Source: Promethearchaeota archaeon (lineage in GTDB: Archaea; Asgardarchaeota; Lokiarchaeia; Sigyniarchaeales; SOKP01). From it: a DNA stretch of 64,000 bases. Positions 1 to 10,656 of this stretch are shown in pieces. The stretch is taken from assembly GCA_019894975.1 (NCBI GenBank), contig JAGXNO010000016.1, positions 1-64,000 of the forward strand, read 5' to 3'. A program made the translations under genes and the position numbers. Each line of letters begins with the position of its first letter. Position 1 is the first letter of the stretch. The notes below the pieces were generated by a model. That model had not been told where the DNA came from. It saw only the letters and a program-made list of their open reading frames with translations, and ran no database searches.

Positions 1-2459
1 ATTAATATTGTGTAATTTTTAAAAACTTCGTTTCTCAATTCTCCTATTAATGCATTAGTTCCCAGACTCGGTAAATATGTACAGTTATATAATTCAAGGT
101 CATAAATATCAATATACAAAATTATCTTTTTACAACCTATAGCAGAACCATTAAACCAGAAGAATCCTAATTCATATTCTCCAAATACGGGGATGTCTTT
201 TGTGACATCCAATATTGTCACATTATTAAAGTCATAGGATAAGAAGGATTCACCAATGATACCCGATGAAGATATCATTTCTGCGCCCGGATATCTTGTC
301 CCGTTAGGATAAAAGAGAGTAGTATTTACATCACCACTTAACGGTGCGTTAGAATTATGATCTTGAATATCTACACTAACGGAAACATTATCTCCATACA
401 TAAAACCATTCGTTTCCCATAATGTCCCATAGTAATTGATATAAGTGTGCATTTTATTAATAAAATTGAAACTTGTCAAGTTTAGTGTGTATATTCCATT
501 AAGGTTCGAAAAAGTCTCATTAATTACTAGTTTTAAATTTTGAGGACTATCAGAAACAACAGATTCATCATCTAATAACCAAAGAAATTCTTCATCATTT
601 GGATTTGTTAAATTGTGAGCAGACATGAAATTTGGATATACATACCAAAATTCAAGGAAATTCCAATCATTGAAGTTTGGATTAGTCTTATCAAAATCAA
701 AATTAAAAGCCCATTCAGGATTTTCACTATATGACGCATTATAATATGTTGTTGCACCTTCAATCCAATATGCATTTACAGAATAATTATAAACATTAAA
801 GCTGAAATCTGATATAATACTTCTATTCCAATTTAGGTATACTTGAAATTGATTAGATGGAGTATCTTCAATTGCCGTAGAAAACGTATTATTCCATCGT
901 CCTAAGCCCCATGTTAAATAAGAGCTTTCATTATATGGATATGCATCTATTACTAAATTGCTAACCGTAGCGTTTTGAATTCTTAACGTATTGTTATCAT
1001 TAAAACTAAAATCTGAGGGCATATAACCACGAGTAACATTTAATGCAAAAGAACTAGCATCTAATTGACTTGAAGTATAAGTATAAGGTAAATTATCTGT
1101 CTCAATTATCCTTTCTGCAAAATCCCAATTTATACCGTAATCAACCGTTGTAAGTAATTGATGCTCAGTTCTCCCATCGTCCCCATAATCAAAATAAGGT
1201 AATGTAACTAAGCTATATACATCTGTTGAATTTGTTGATTTTATAACAATAAAATAATTTGAAAGGTTTAAAGCTCCAGTATTAACAGTATTAAAATCAA
1301 AATACGTTAATTGATCATTTGTATAACCAATCAATTGAGAATCAATCAACTCATTATAATCAGGATTTATTTCGATACTTCTTAAATTATCATCCGAACG
1401 GACAATAGTATTGTTTGCACGGTATAATGAGATGTTTAACTGTGAAGTTAATGCTTCAGTTGGGTCTAGGGTTCGTATCCATGCATAAAATCCATTAACG
1501 GCTGATTCTTCTCCCTTTAAATCAAATTCTAATGCAACATAATTCTGATCAGTAATGGGGAGGTCAAAAGCATAAGTAGATTCAATGTCAAATTCATACA
1601 ATCTAGCTTCAAATGGATCTAGATCGGCTCTTTCAAAAATAAATTGTATATATGTTGTATCCGTTAAATCAACATAGTTTAAATTTTCATTAATTAAATT
1701 TTCTTTTAATCTTTGAATGCCCAGAGAACTATTGAATAAAAGAGAAGATACTACTTCGTTCCAAGTGGATTGTGAATAATCTCTTAATCTCACAGTTAGA
1801 TTAGCATCTGAACTAAGCCTTAGTACTAAGGAATATATCAAAGCTAAAATTTTGGTTCGATTAAATTCAATATTACCATTTATCCCGCCTGTAGTGTAAT
1901 CTGTATCAGTAAAATTGGCTCTGATTGTAAAATTTAAGACTCCAAGGGTAGCGTTTAAGTGGATATAAGTTGAATTAGAACCATCTATCAATTCGCTGAA
2001 AAATCCATCGATTATATCAGTATCTGGGTGGTAAGAAATTCCAGAGAGCCCCGTATCATAATCGAATGATATAAAATCTGCGGCATATAAAGCATCATCG
2101 TCCTCGAGAACATAATCTGTAGTAAAGTTATTTTGAAATGTGAAATTAAAATCTCCATAAGTGAGATACATGTCATCAGAGGTTACCGAAGGGATCTCGA
2201 AGAAATCCTCGTTATTATTGAAGTTTTCAGATTCGTTAAATACATAAATTCTAACATCTTGATCGTTTCCAAAACCTGTAATATAATCATCCACATTGAG
2301 ATCAGAGCTGATTGGCAAGTTCTCTAATCCCTCATCCTCAAAACTAACTCCTCTAGATAGATTAGAACTACTCAAAAAGTGAATATTACTTACCAATACT
2401 ATTGATATGAAAAAAACAACAAGAATAACTCCTTTAATTCCTTTATTTTTATGAGCCAA
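1..2459 (-). CDS. Large secreted/cell-surface protein; 3' part runs off the window
   Basis: Not in the ORF track. Reading frame open from TTG at 2459 (MAHKNKGIKGVILVVFFISIVLVSNIH..., basic + hydrophobic signal peptide) to the window edge. Rich in Asn/Thr/Asp/aromatic residues with many N-x-S/T sequons. Confidence 0.85.
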   Translation of the reverse strand, partial: MAHKNKGIKGVILVVFFISIVLVSNIHFLSSSNLSRGVSFEDEGLENLPISSDLNVDDYITGFGNDQDVRIYVFNESENFNNNEDFFEIPSVTSDDMYLTYGDFNFTFQNNFTTDYVLEDDDALYAADFISFDYDTGLSGISYHPDTDIIDGFFSELIDGSNSTYIHLNATLGVLNFTIRANFTDTDYTTGGINGNIEFNRTKILALIYSLVLRLSSDANLTVRLRDYSQSTWNEVVSSLLFNSSLGIQRLKENLINENLNYVDLTDTTYIQFIFERADLDPFEARLYEFDIESTYAFDLPITDQNYVALEFDLKGEESAVNGFYAWIRTLDPTEALTSQLNISLYRANNTIVRSDDNLRSIEINPDYNELIDSQLIGYTNDQLTYFDFNTVNTGALNLSNYFIVIKSTNSTDVYSLVTLPYFDYGDDGRTEHQLLTTVDYGINWDFAERIIETDNLPYTYTSSQLDASSFALNVTRGYMPSDFSFNDNNTLRIQNATVSNLVIDAYPYNESSYLTWGLGRWNNTFSTAIEDTPSNQFQVYLNWNRSIISDFSFNVYNYSVNAYWIEGATTYYNASYSENPEWAFNFDFDKTNPNFNDWNFLEFWYVYPNFMSAHNLTNPNDEEFLWLLDDESVVSDSPQNLKLVINETFSNLNGIYTLNLTSFNFINKMHTYINYYGTLWETNGFMYGDNVSVSVDIQDHNSNAPLSGDVNTTLFYPNGTRYPGAEMISSSGIIGESFLSYDFNNVTILDVTKDIPVFGEYELGFFWFNGSAIGCKKIILYIDIYDLELYNCTYLPSLGTNALIGELRNEVFKNYTIL

Positions 2460-2595
2460 GAATATAACCGTGAAACTTAATTTTAGTTTATAAAATAATT
2501 TAAAAGTTAAAAAATTAAAATTTCCTAAATATTTTAATTTTATCAGTAAGTTTAACAATATGACAAAATATTTATTTATTCAAGAGGGAAAGTAA

Positions 2596-3942
2596 ATGGA
2601 AAAAGACTTAATACTAGACGAAATTGAAAAAAATAGAGAAGAGTATATTGAATTTCTAAGGGATTTAATTCAAACCGAATCATATAATCCTCCCGGCAAT
2701 GAGAAAAACGTAGCATTGGTTATTAAAAAGTATCTAGAAGATGCAAATATAGAATGTGAAATCTTTCCTTTTGGGGAAAATCGTGCTAACCTCTTTTCCG
2801 CTTTAAATAATAGGTTTGATAGAAAAAATCTTTTGTATAATGGACATATGGACGTAGTTCCCCCCGGAAATGAGGAAGAGTGGAAATATCCTCCTCTCTC
2901 AGCTTCAATTAAAAGGAAAAAAATTTTTGGTCGAGGTGCAACTGATATGAAAGGAGGTTTAGCGGCAATGATTATTTCTTTAAAAATTCTAAAAAAATTG
3001 GATTTAAAACTCTCGGGAAATTTACTCTTAAATGCCGTTGCAGATGAAGAAACAGGTGGAACATATGGAACAGGATGGTGTCTTGAAAATAAATTAAATT
3101 CGATAAAGAGCGATTTTGTGATTATTGGGGAACCTACAGGATTAAGTCCATTACCCAAAGGCATAATTCTAGGAGAAAAAGGTCGTGTAGAACTTAAAAT
3201 CGTTACAAATGGTATTTCATGCCATGCGTCTGTTCCATTTATGGGGAAAAATGCAATCTATATGATGAGTGAAATTATACAAAATTTAGACAAACTGGAA
3301 GAAAATATGCCAAAAGTAGATCCTCCTATGTCTGTAGATGAATTAAAGGAACAGATGAGTGTTGTATTTCCCAATAATGAAACTTTTGAAAATATTTTAC
3401 AAGAACAAGCTATTCTACAAGATATTATATCTGCAAATGCACAATTTGCCAAAAATTTAACCATGATTAAAGGTGGCATAAAATCTAACGTAATTCCTGA
3501 CTCCTGCGAAGCTATTATGGATTTCAGGTTATTACCTGGTCAAACTACTGAACATGTTCTAGAATCAATGAAAAAATTGATAAAGGATTTAGGATATGAT
3601 GTAAAAAATGAACCAACTGGATCACCTGAAGATGTTTTTGTCTATTTAGAAGTATTGAAAAAAGGTGAAGCTTCTTATTGGCAAGATTGGAGAGATTCAA
3701 AAGATCTAGAAACTTTCCATTCAATCGTAGGTGAAATTTATAAAAAAAAACCTATTTATTTCATCTTGCCTGCCAGCTCAGATGCTGAACATTATCGTAA
3801 TACAGATTATTGTCAACCAACAATATTATTCGGACCTGGATCACCTGGAACGGCTCATGCTACTGATGAATATATAGTAATTCAAGACTTTATAGACTCA
3901 ATAAAAGTCTTTTCGTTGTTTGCCGTTGAATTCTTAAAGTAG
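2596..3942 (+). CDS. M20 family metallopeptidase/deacylase (ArgE/DapE-like)
   Basis: Motifs GHMDVVP, GRGATDMKGG, DEETGG, GEPT, C-terminal AHATDE. Confidence 0.92.
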   Translation: MEKDLILDEIEKNREEYIEFLRDLIQTESYNPPGNEKNVALVIKKYLEDANIECEIFPFGENRANLFSALNNRFDRKNLLYNGHMDVVPPGNEEEWKYPPLSASIKRKKIFGRGATDMKGGLAAMIISLKILKKLDLKLSGNLLLNAVADEETGGTYGTGWCLENKLNSIKSDFVIIGEPTGLSPLPKGIILGEKGRVELKIVTNGISCHASVPFMGKNAIYMMSEIIQNLDKLEENMPKVDPPMSVDELKEQMSVVFPNNETFENILQEQAILQDIISANAQFAKNLTMIKGGIKSNVIPDSCEAIMDFRLLPGQTTEHVLESMKKLIKDLGYDVKNEPTGSPEDVFVYLEVLKKGEASYWQDWRDSKDLETFHSIVGEIYKKKPIYFILPASSDAEHYRNTDYCQPTILFGPGSPGTAHATDEYIVIQDFIDSIKVFSLFAVEFLK

Positions 3943-4063
3943 ATATCTTCTGAAACTGGAACTTTATTATTAGATAGACTCAAGTTTTCATAAAAGAAAT
4001 TTATAAGAATTTACTATTATTATATATTTAATTTCTAAAATTTAGAGTAATTCACATTCAATT

Positions 4064-5242
4064 TTGCCTGAAATAAAAATCGAAGACACAGTTATATTAC
4101 TTGACTCATCTAGATCCATGCTCAGAAAGGATTTTAAACCTAGTCGAATAACTGTAGAACTTCAAGCAGCAAGAAATTTTATCAAATCAAAATTATCATT
4201 TGACATGAAAGATAGGATTTCAATAATTTCCTTTGGAGAAACTGAGAAAAGATTAATCGATTTTACATTTGATATTGATAAATTAAATGCGTCAATGAAA
4301 AAAATTCAAATTTCTGGTAATGGTATTCTGCATGAGGCAATTTCTTTCGCTTTGCAGGTTTTGGTTCAAGAAATGCGTAAACTTGGGGGTAAAACCCCTC
4401 GAATTCTTTTAATAACTGATAATAAATTAGAATTTGATTTAACTCGATTAGAAAAAGTAATCAATATAGCTAAAGGCTTAGGTGTTTATATTGATATTTG
4501 TCAATTGGGTGGAGAACAAGAGCATGGAAAATTATCACTGAAAAGAATTGCACAATTGACTAGAGGTCAGTATAGTTATTTCAATAATTCTAAAGAATTG
4601 CTAGAAGGGATTAAGTTATTTGCTTCACAAAAGGAGGTAAAAAAGACTTCTGATTATTTTGATCCCCAAAAAAAAGAAGATTTAGCACCGTTAATAAGTG
4701 AAATTGCATTACCATTAAGAAGACCAACAGTTTTAGAAATAAAACTTGTACTGAGTGGAAGGAGTAATCAAGAAAAATGTCAAATCTGCCACTCAGTTAA
4801 AGCCCCTGCTACGGGATCTGACTTCTATAGTGAAGGAAGATTTTGTCCATCATGTGATAGAGCTATGCATTTATCATGTGCAGCAATGTGGGCAAAAAAG
4901 ACAGAATATAAGGATAATATATTTCGATGTCCATTTTGTTTCTTTCTTTTGGAGTTGCCAAGAGCAGCTTTAAAATTTGCCGAAGATAAAAATGAAGAAT
5001 CTCAAGAAGTAAAGATATTAGAGGAAGATAAGGGCAGAATAGCAAATATGCATCTGATTCCTGATTCAGATATAGCTCAAATTGATGCCTCATGTTCATA
5101 TTGCCATAATATTTTTTTAGGGGATTATAAAGTCTACCAATGTGATAAATGTAGTTCATATTACCATCAACCATGTCTAAATAAGATGATAAATGAAATT
5201 AAGGCTTGTAGGTATTGCGGTGCTCAAATTGTTGTAGATTAG
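4064..5242 (+). CDS. vWA domain protein with two C-terminal RING/PHD-like zinc fingers (Ssl1/p44-like architecture)
   Basis: N-terminal DSSRSM..KDFKPSR MIDAS/vWA motif; fingers CQICH..FCPSC..HLSC..W..CPFC and CSYC..YQCDKC..HQPC..CRYC. Confidence 0.8.
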   Translation: MPEIKIEDTVILLDSSRSMLRKDFKPSRITVELQAARNFIKSKLSFDMKDRISIISFGETEKRLIDFTFDIDKLNASMKKIQISGNGILHEAISFALQVLVQEMRKLGGKTPRILLITDNKLEFDLTRLEKVINIAKGLGVYIDICQLGGEQEHGKLSLKRIAQLTRGQYSYFNNSKELLEGIKLFASQKEVKKTSDYFDPQKKEDLAPLISEIALPLRRPTVLEIKLVLSGRSNQEKCQICHSVKAPATGSDFYSEGRFCPSCDRAMHLSCAAMWAKKTEYKDNIFRCPFCFFLLELPRAALKFAEDKNEESQEVKILEEDKGRIANMHLIPDSDIAQIDASCSYCHNIFLGDYKVYQCDKCSSYYHQPCLNKMINEIKACRYCGAQIVVD

Positions 5243-5327
5243 ACTTTTTAATTGCGATAAAAAAAATATAGTGTAGTTTAAAATATTTAAGCTACTATTC
5301 GTTCTATATATAAACAAGAGTAATAAG

Positions 5328-7385
5328 GTGATTAATTTAGCGAATAATCCTAAAGGTAAATGGGTTGTAACTTCCGCATGGCCATACGTAAACGCTACCC
5401 CCCATTTGGGTAATTTAATAGGAAGCACATTATCAGCTGATGTTTTCGCACGATTCTTGAGAATGAAAGGTGAAGAAGTGGTGTTTGTTTCTGGATCAGA
5501 TTCTCATGGAACACCCGTTTCTGTAGAAGCAAAGAGACTGAATGTTCCTGCCGAGGATCTTGCTTTTAAATATCATAAGAAGATTAAAGATCTACATGAA
5601 AAATGGATGATCTCTTTTGATAACTATACAATAACTCATAACCCTACCCACATTGACTTAGTAAAGAAAATATATTTAGATGTAGAAAAAAATGGATATG
5701 TGGTACAGAAGGAGATAGAATCCCTTTATTGTGAAAATGATAATATTTTTTTACCTGATAGATACGTTGAGGGAACATGTCCTAATTGTAAAGAGGATGG
5801 TGCAAGAGGTGATCAGTGTGATAAGTGCCAGAAACTACTCACACCCATAGAATTGATTAAACCATTATGTGCGATTTGCGGATCAACTCCTGTGATTAGA
5901 AAGTCAAGACATTGGTATTTAGATTTACCTAAATTGCAAGATAGATTAAAAAAATTAATTGAAGAAAACGAGATCATACCCCCTAATGCTCGGAAGATGT
6001 GTATAAATAGTATTACAGAAGGACTACCTCAACGAGGAATTACCAGGGATCTTGAATGGGGAATTAGTGCTCCTTTCAAAGGGGCTGAAAATAAGGTTAT
6101 ATATGTATGGCTAGAAGCTGTGTTAGGATATATTACTGCTGTGAAAGAATGGGCTGATAAGTTGATTAATGATCCTGGCAAGTTTGATTACTTTTGGAAA
6201 GATCCTAACACAAAAACCGTCTTTTTTATAGGGAAAGATAACATAATCTTTCATTTAATTATATTTCCGGGATTACTAATGGCTTATAATGAAGACAAGA
6301 ATGATACTGACAAATTTGTCTTGCCATATAATGTCTCCTCTACAGAATTCCTGATGATGGGAAGTGAAAAGTTATCTAAATCAAGAGGGGTTGGAATGGG
6401 AATTGATGAAGCTTTAGAATTAGCTCCTTTAGATTACTGGAGATTTTATTTGCTGTTTAATCGTCCAGAAACAAGCGATACCTCTTTCCTTTGGTCTGAA
6501 TTTGAGAATAATATGAAAACCCTTAATGATAACATCGGAAATTTTGTCCATCGGACATTAACCTTTATAGAAAAACAATTTAATAGTAGAGTGCCCGAAA
6601 AAATAGAATATGATGCGACTGATAAGAAACTCATAGAAAAATTAAATGCCATTAGTCTAGATGTAGGAGAAAGTCTGCTTAATTTTAAAATAAGAAAAGC
6701 TATAAGAGATATTGTAAATTTTGGAAAAGAATGTAACATATATTTAAATGAAAAATCACCTTGGCATTTAATCAAGAAAGATAAAAAAGCTGCAGGGCAT
6801 GTGTTTAATATCTGTGCTCAAGCAGTAAACGCTTTAGGAATTTTATTAGGCCCATTCATACCAGATACTTCTGAAAAGATCCTTTCTTATTTAAACGCTC
6901 CAAAATTAGGTGATGTAGAATGGGACAGTATTTCTGAAAATTCTGTTAAAGTAGGACGGACTATTAAGAAGCCTACACCACTCTTTCAGAAATTAGAGAT
7001 TGAAGAAATTAAAAATGAATATAAAAAATTAAAAGAAGAAAAACCAGAAAAAGGTGGTAAAGAACTGATAACCTATGATGAGTTTCAAAAATTGGATATT
7101 CGAGTGGCTTTAGTGGAAAAAGTAGAAAAAGTTCCTAAAGCAGATAAACTGTATAAACTATCAATTGACCTAGGAACGGAGAAAAGAACAATTGTAGCAG
7201 GTTTAGCTGAATTTTATAAGGCTGATGAATTAGAAGGTAAGAAAATTATTGTTCTAACTAATTTGGAACCAAGGAAATTGCGAGGAATTACAAGTGAGGG
7301 GATGCTCTTAGCCGCAGATTTTGAAGATAATGTCTCAATACTAATTCCCGATAAAGATATTCCTTTGGGTGCTAATATCAGGTAA
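5328..7385 (+). CDS. metG: Methionyl-tRNA synthetase with C-terminal tRNA-binding OB domain
   Basis: HLGN (HIGH-type) and KLSKS (KMSKS-type) motifs, zinc knuckles, FIGKDNIIFH, C-terminal NLEPRKLRG..SEGM. Confidence 0.97.
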   Translation: MINLANNPKGKWVVTSAWPYVNATPHLGNLIGSTLSADVFARFLRMKGEEVVFVSGSDSHGTPVSVEAKRLNVPAEDLAFKYHKKIKDLHEKWMISFDNYTITHNPTHIDLVKKIYLDVEKNGYVVQKEIESLYCENDNIFLPDRYVEGTCPNCKEDGARGDQCDKCQKLLTPIELIKPLCAICGSTPVIRKSRHWYLDLPKLQDRLKKLIEENEIIPPNARKMCINSITEGLPQRGITRDLEWGISAPFKGAENKVIYVWLEAVLGYITAVKEWADKLINDPGKFDYFWKDPNTKTVFFIGKDNIIFHLIIFPGLLMAYNEDKNDTDKFVLPYNVSSTEFLMMGSEKLSKSRGVGMGIDEALELAPLDYWRFYLLFNRPETSDTSFLWSEFENNMKTLNDNIGNFVHRTLTFIEKQFNSRVPEKIEYDATDKKLIEKLNAISLDVGESLLNFKIRKAIRDIVNFGKECNIYLNEKSPWHLIKKDKKAAGHVFNICAQAVNALGILLGPFIPDTSEKILSYLNAPKLGDVEWDSISENSVKVGRTIKKPTPLFQKLEIEEIKNEYKKLKEEKPEKGGKELITYDEFQKLDIRVALVEKVEKVPKADKLYKLSIDLGTEKRTIVAGLAEFYKADELEGKKIIVLTNLEPRKLRGITSEGMLLAADFEDNVSILIPDKDIPLGANIR

Positions 7386-7386
7386 G

Positions 7387-8616
7387 TTACAATTTAAGGG
7401 AAAATAAAGGATTTAATCGAGCGATAATATCTCCAAGGTCAAGTTGCATAGTTTTCAAAACTACGTCGCGTCCCCTATACTCAAATTGCAAATTCCCGAC
7501 ATCTCTTACTATTTTTAACCTACTTATATTTGTTTTTAGAGATGTTACAAAATATCTTTGATGTTTGTACTCTAAAATATCAAGAACATCTTCAATATCT
7601 GACAAACTATATCCTCCCCCATGTGGAAGTATACACGCATTTTTTAATAATTCCAGAAGTTCAAGATCTTCAGCTCTATTCGTGAAGTTTAAATTGTTCA
7701 AAGCTGTAATAGATAGATTTTTTTTACCTTTAAACAAATAAGCAGCAATATCAGCTCTTAATGTAGTTGGATAAATATCAGAAATTGAATCTGTACAATT
7801 ACTCCCCAGATACATATTATTATAGTCTTTAAGAAATTGGTGTGGTTGATTACATATAACCTTATACCCATAATCAAAAAGACGATCAGCAATTACCACT
7901 CTCTTAGCATTTGAGAATTTTAACGCTTTTTCATGGAGTTTTAAATAATCTTTAGCATCTGAATCCAGCAAAATATATTGGGGCCCAAATTTTGTCTGTT
8001 CCTCTATGGCTAGATCTTTTAGAGGTTGAGATTTATCGATATAAAGACCAAGACTATCTTTAGGGGCTCTAAATTCTGGTGCTGAACCATGAATTAAAAA
8101 GATGTAAGGAGGAAGTTTTATATCGGATAAATTTTTTGTTTCAAAGCAATTGACAAAATGATTAGATATTCCAAAATCCCAGTTAATTAACATATTGTTA
8201 TGATAAAGTTCATTCGATTTTATTTCATCAACTTTTTTGATTAAATTATATGGATCGGGTAGTTCTTCTAAACCCCCTACCAGAATTCCACAGCAATTAG
8301 GTTTAACATTTAAAAATATGATTTTTTCTTTTCCATTTCCCCAATTTAGACGACCTCCATAACCCAAGCCTGAATTCCATCTAAATTCATTTCTTGAAAT
8401 AGTTTCATCAGGTGAAGAAATAAAGGTTGCCTTTGGTTCGAAACCATATTTCTCTTGTATAAGATGCATCTGGCTTAGACCATATTTCATATTAGCTTTA
8501 CATAGTTTTGATGCCCCATCATTCAGACCAGTAGAAAAAATAAATTCATTTGCTCTTTCCAATAACTCTGATTTTGTTAACTCTGATACTGTTTGGTATA
8601 AAGCTGATGAAGTCAT
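7387..8616 (-). CDS. Divergent RtcB-like (RNA 3'-phosphate/5'-OH ligase fold) protein
   Basis: Motifs PD..GYGG, NCCG, SNHF, IHGS, PHQ, PHGGG and terminal LNPLFSLK occur in the same order as RtcB motifs PD..PIGG, DINCG, GNHF, HTGS, HN, HGAGR, LxP..K. Confidence 0.6.
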   Translation of the reverse strand: MTSSALYQTVSELTKSELLERANEFIFSTGLNDGASKLCKANMKYGLSQMHLIQEKYGFEPKATFISSPDETISRNEFRWNSGLGYGGRLNWGNGKEKIIFLNVKPNCCGILVGGLEELPDPYNLIKKVDEIKSNELYHNNMLINWDFGISNHFVNCFETKNLSDIKLPPYIFLIHGSAPEFRAPKDSLGLYIDKSQPLKDLAIEEQTKFGPQYILLDSDAKDYLKLHEKALKFSNAKRVVIADRLFDYGYKVICNQPHQFLKDYNNMYLGSNCTDSISDIYPTTLRADIAAYLFKGKKNLSITALNNLNFTNRAEDLELLELLKNACILPHGGGYSLSDIEDVLDILEYKHQRYFVTSLKTNISRLKIVRDVGNLQFEYRGRDVVLKTMQLDLGDIIARLNPLFSLKL

Positions 8617-8753
8617 TTTAATGAGAATTTTTAGTTCGTTAGAGATATTCTTATCAAAACATATATAGGAAATATTTTTATATAAGATTAATGATAGTAC
8701 ATGGAACAGTTCATAAAATAAGTCTTAAATAAACTAAAGATTGAACTCATAAA

Positions 8754-9380
8754 ATGAATAATCTAACTGATTTTGTCCTCTATGATTCATTAAACAAGAA
8801 AATATCCTATGGAACATATACAGGGTCAATTATTTCCAAATGTGAGGATAAAATTATCTTTTCTGACAATATGACAATCTCAAATTCAGATGAAATCTCG
8901 ATTTCTCATGGTTTGGTTATCGGATTTGATGAAGTTAACAATAAAACTAATGCTTTTTCAAGAAAATCAAACTTTACATGGAAGAATTTAGGGGAATCAT
9001 CATTAGAATATTCTGTTCTAATATCAGATAATATTGTAGATCATTATAATCGAGAGCAATTTACAGATGACTTTCCGTTTACAATAAATTTATTACATAC
9101 AGCCGGTTTGTATCTAAATCATGCTGATGTTGAAATTAACCATCTTGATTTCTTTAAGAATGAAATTCTTAAAAATCCTGTTTCTTTAATTGAAAATGGA
9201 ATTATTATGGCAGACCGTGTAGTAATCAATGAGATGGGAGATCCTGTATTCTATGATAGTATTATTGTAGGAAGAGACGATAAAGATGAGATTAAAGTGA
9301 GTTATGAAACATTTGTCAATGTAGATGACAAAAACGTTTTATACATCATTATATTAGGAATTGAAGAATTGAAAGAATGA
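8754..9380 (+). CDS. Hypothetical protein
   Basis: 208-aa ORF, 18 bp upstream of the ATPase gene; no motif recognised. Confidence 0.7.
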   Translation: MNNLTDFVLYDSLNKKISYGTYTGSIISKCEDKIIFSDNMTISNSDEISISHGLVIGFDEVNNKTNAFSRKSNFTWKNLGESSLEYSVLISDNIVDHYNREQFTDDFPFTINLLHTAGLYLNHADVEINHLDFFKNEILKNPVSLIENGIIMADRVVINEMGDPVFYDSIIVGRDDKDEIKVSYETFVNVDDKNVLYIIILGIEELKE

Positions 9381-9398
9381 GTGGTTTAAGCTATAAAG

Positions 9399-10646
9399 AT
9401 GCTTCTATTCGAGAATAAAGAACAAAAGCTAATTAATATTTTAAAGTTTATTGGGTCTCCCTTCAAAAAATTCGTTTCTACAGGGGAGATAGAAGAAGAT
9501 ATTGGATTAGTACAATCTAGACAAGATTTTTTACAGGAAATTGTTAGTATTATAGAACGAAATGAAAATTTTATTTTACCTATAATAGGAGATGTAGGGC
9601 AAGGTAAGACTCACCTATATTGGGCATTAAAACATGAATTATACAATTATAATATCGTATATATCTCCCTTGAAACTGTTTATAAAAGATTTTATTATAA
9701 CACATATGCCGAATTCATTGAAAATTTAGGAGAGAAATCTGAAGATCGGGTAGAACCTTTAAGGAATATGACAAAACGATTATGTAATGAATGGGATATA
9801 GGGGAGAGAAGATTTGGATTTTTCCAAATAGCAGATACCGAGGAAGTTAGAAAACAAGCTTATAAAAACTGGTCGAAAAAATTTGAAGATAAGGAGGCTT
9901 TAATGGAGGTAATAACCGCAATAACAGCTCATCAATGTGATCCTTATAAGAAGGTTGAAGCGGAGAGATGGTTAATTGGCGATCTTATGGATGTTAGAGA
10001 CCTTTCACGATTAAATCTGAAACATGATTTAAGAAAAAGAAATATCTCATTTACTATGTTAAAAGTCTTAATTGAGAATTTAAAAAAAGAAAGCGTCTTA
10101 TTTATAGACGACTTTGAACGAATCATCTCAATCAAGAAACCCGCCTACGAAACAAGTGATGACCTTGAAGAAATTGAAGAAGTTTTTGACCCACGATGGT
10201 TTGGGGTTAAGCAGACTCCTGAAAATTACAGTTCGGATAAAGTTCTAGACAAAATCCTTGAGTTGCATAAAATTAGAGGATTAAGAATAATTATAACCCT
10301 CAAATCAAAGGAATATTTAGAGGAAATTAAAAGAAAGATTGAGAACAAAGATCGAAAACTTTTACTTATGGTGAAGAAACCTCTAATCATGGCAAATTTC
10401 GAAGAAGAAGATGTCATTAGATCTTATAAAAATCACCTAGATTTCTTTTTTGCGAGAATTAATTATTATGATTATTCTAAACATTTTTCGAATTCTTTTT
10501 TCCCTTTAACTGAAACTGTCCTAAAATATATTTTTCATGAAACCAAAGGTAATCCAAGAGAAGTGTTAAAATATTTCATTAAAATATTCAATGAAATAAT
10601 CAGATCAAGTGAAAAATTAGAAGATATTCTCACAAAATATCAATAA
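9399..10646 (+). CDS. P-loop (AAA+/STAND-like) ATPase
   Basis: Walker A GDVGQGKTH, Walker B LFIDDFE, C-terminal GNPRE; helical insert between the Walker motifs. Confidence 0.85.
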   Translation: MLLFENKEQKLINILKFIGSPFKKFVSTGEIEEDIGLVQSRQDFLQEIVSIIERNENFILPIIGDVGQGKTHLYWALKHELYNYNIVYISLETVYKRFYYNTYAEFIENLGEKSEDRVEPLRNMTKRLCNEWDIGERRFGFFQIADTEEVRKQAYKNWSKKFEDKEALMEVITAITAHQCDPYKKVEAERWLIGDLMDVRDLSRLNLKHDLRKRNISFTMLKVLIENLKKESVLFIDDFERIISIKKPAYETSDDLEEIEEVFDPRWFGVKQTPENYSSDKVLDKILELHKIRGLRIIITLKSKEYLEEIKRKIENKDRKLLLMVKKPLIMANFEEEDVIRSYKNHLDFFFARINYYDYSKHFSNSFFPLTETVLKYIFHETKGNPREVLKYFIKIFNEIIRSSEKLEDILTKYQ

Positions 10647-10656
10647 GCGTTAAAGT

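Noticed and set aside
9399-10646. BREX defence system
   Set aside because: Only a loosely similar ATPase; no pglX, pglZ, brxC or brxHI nearby.
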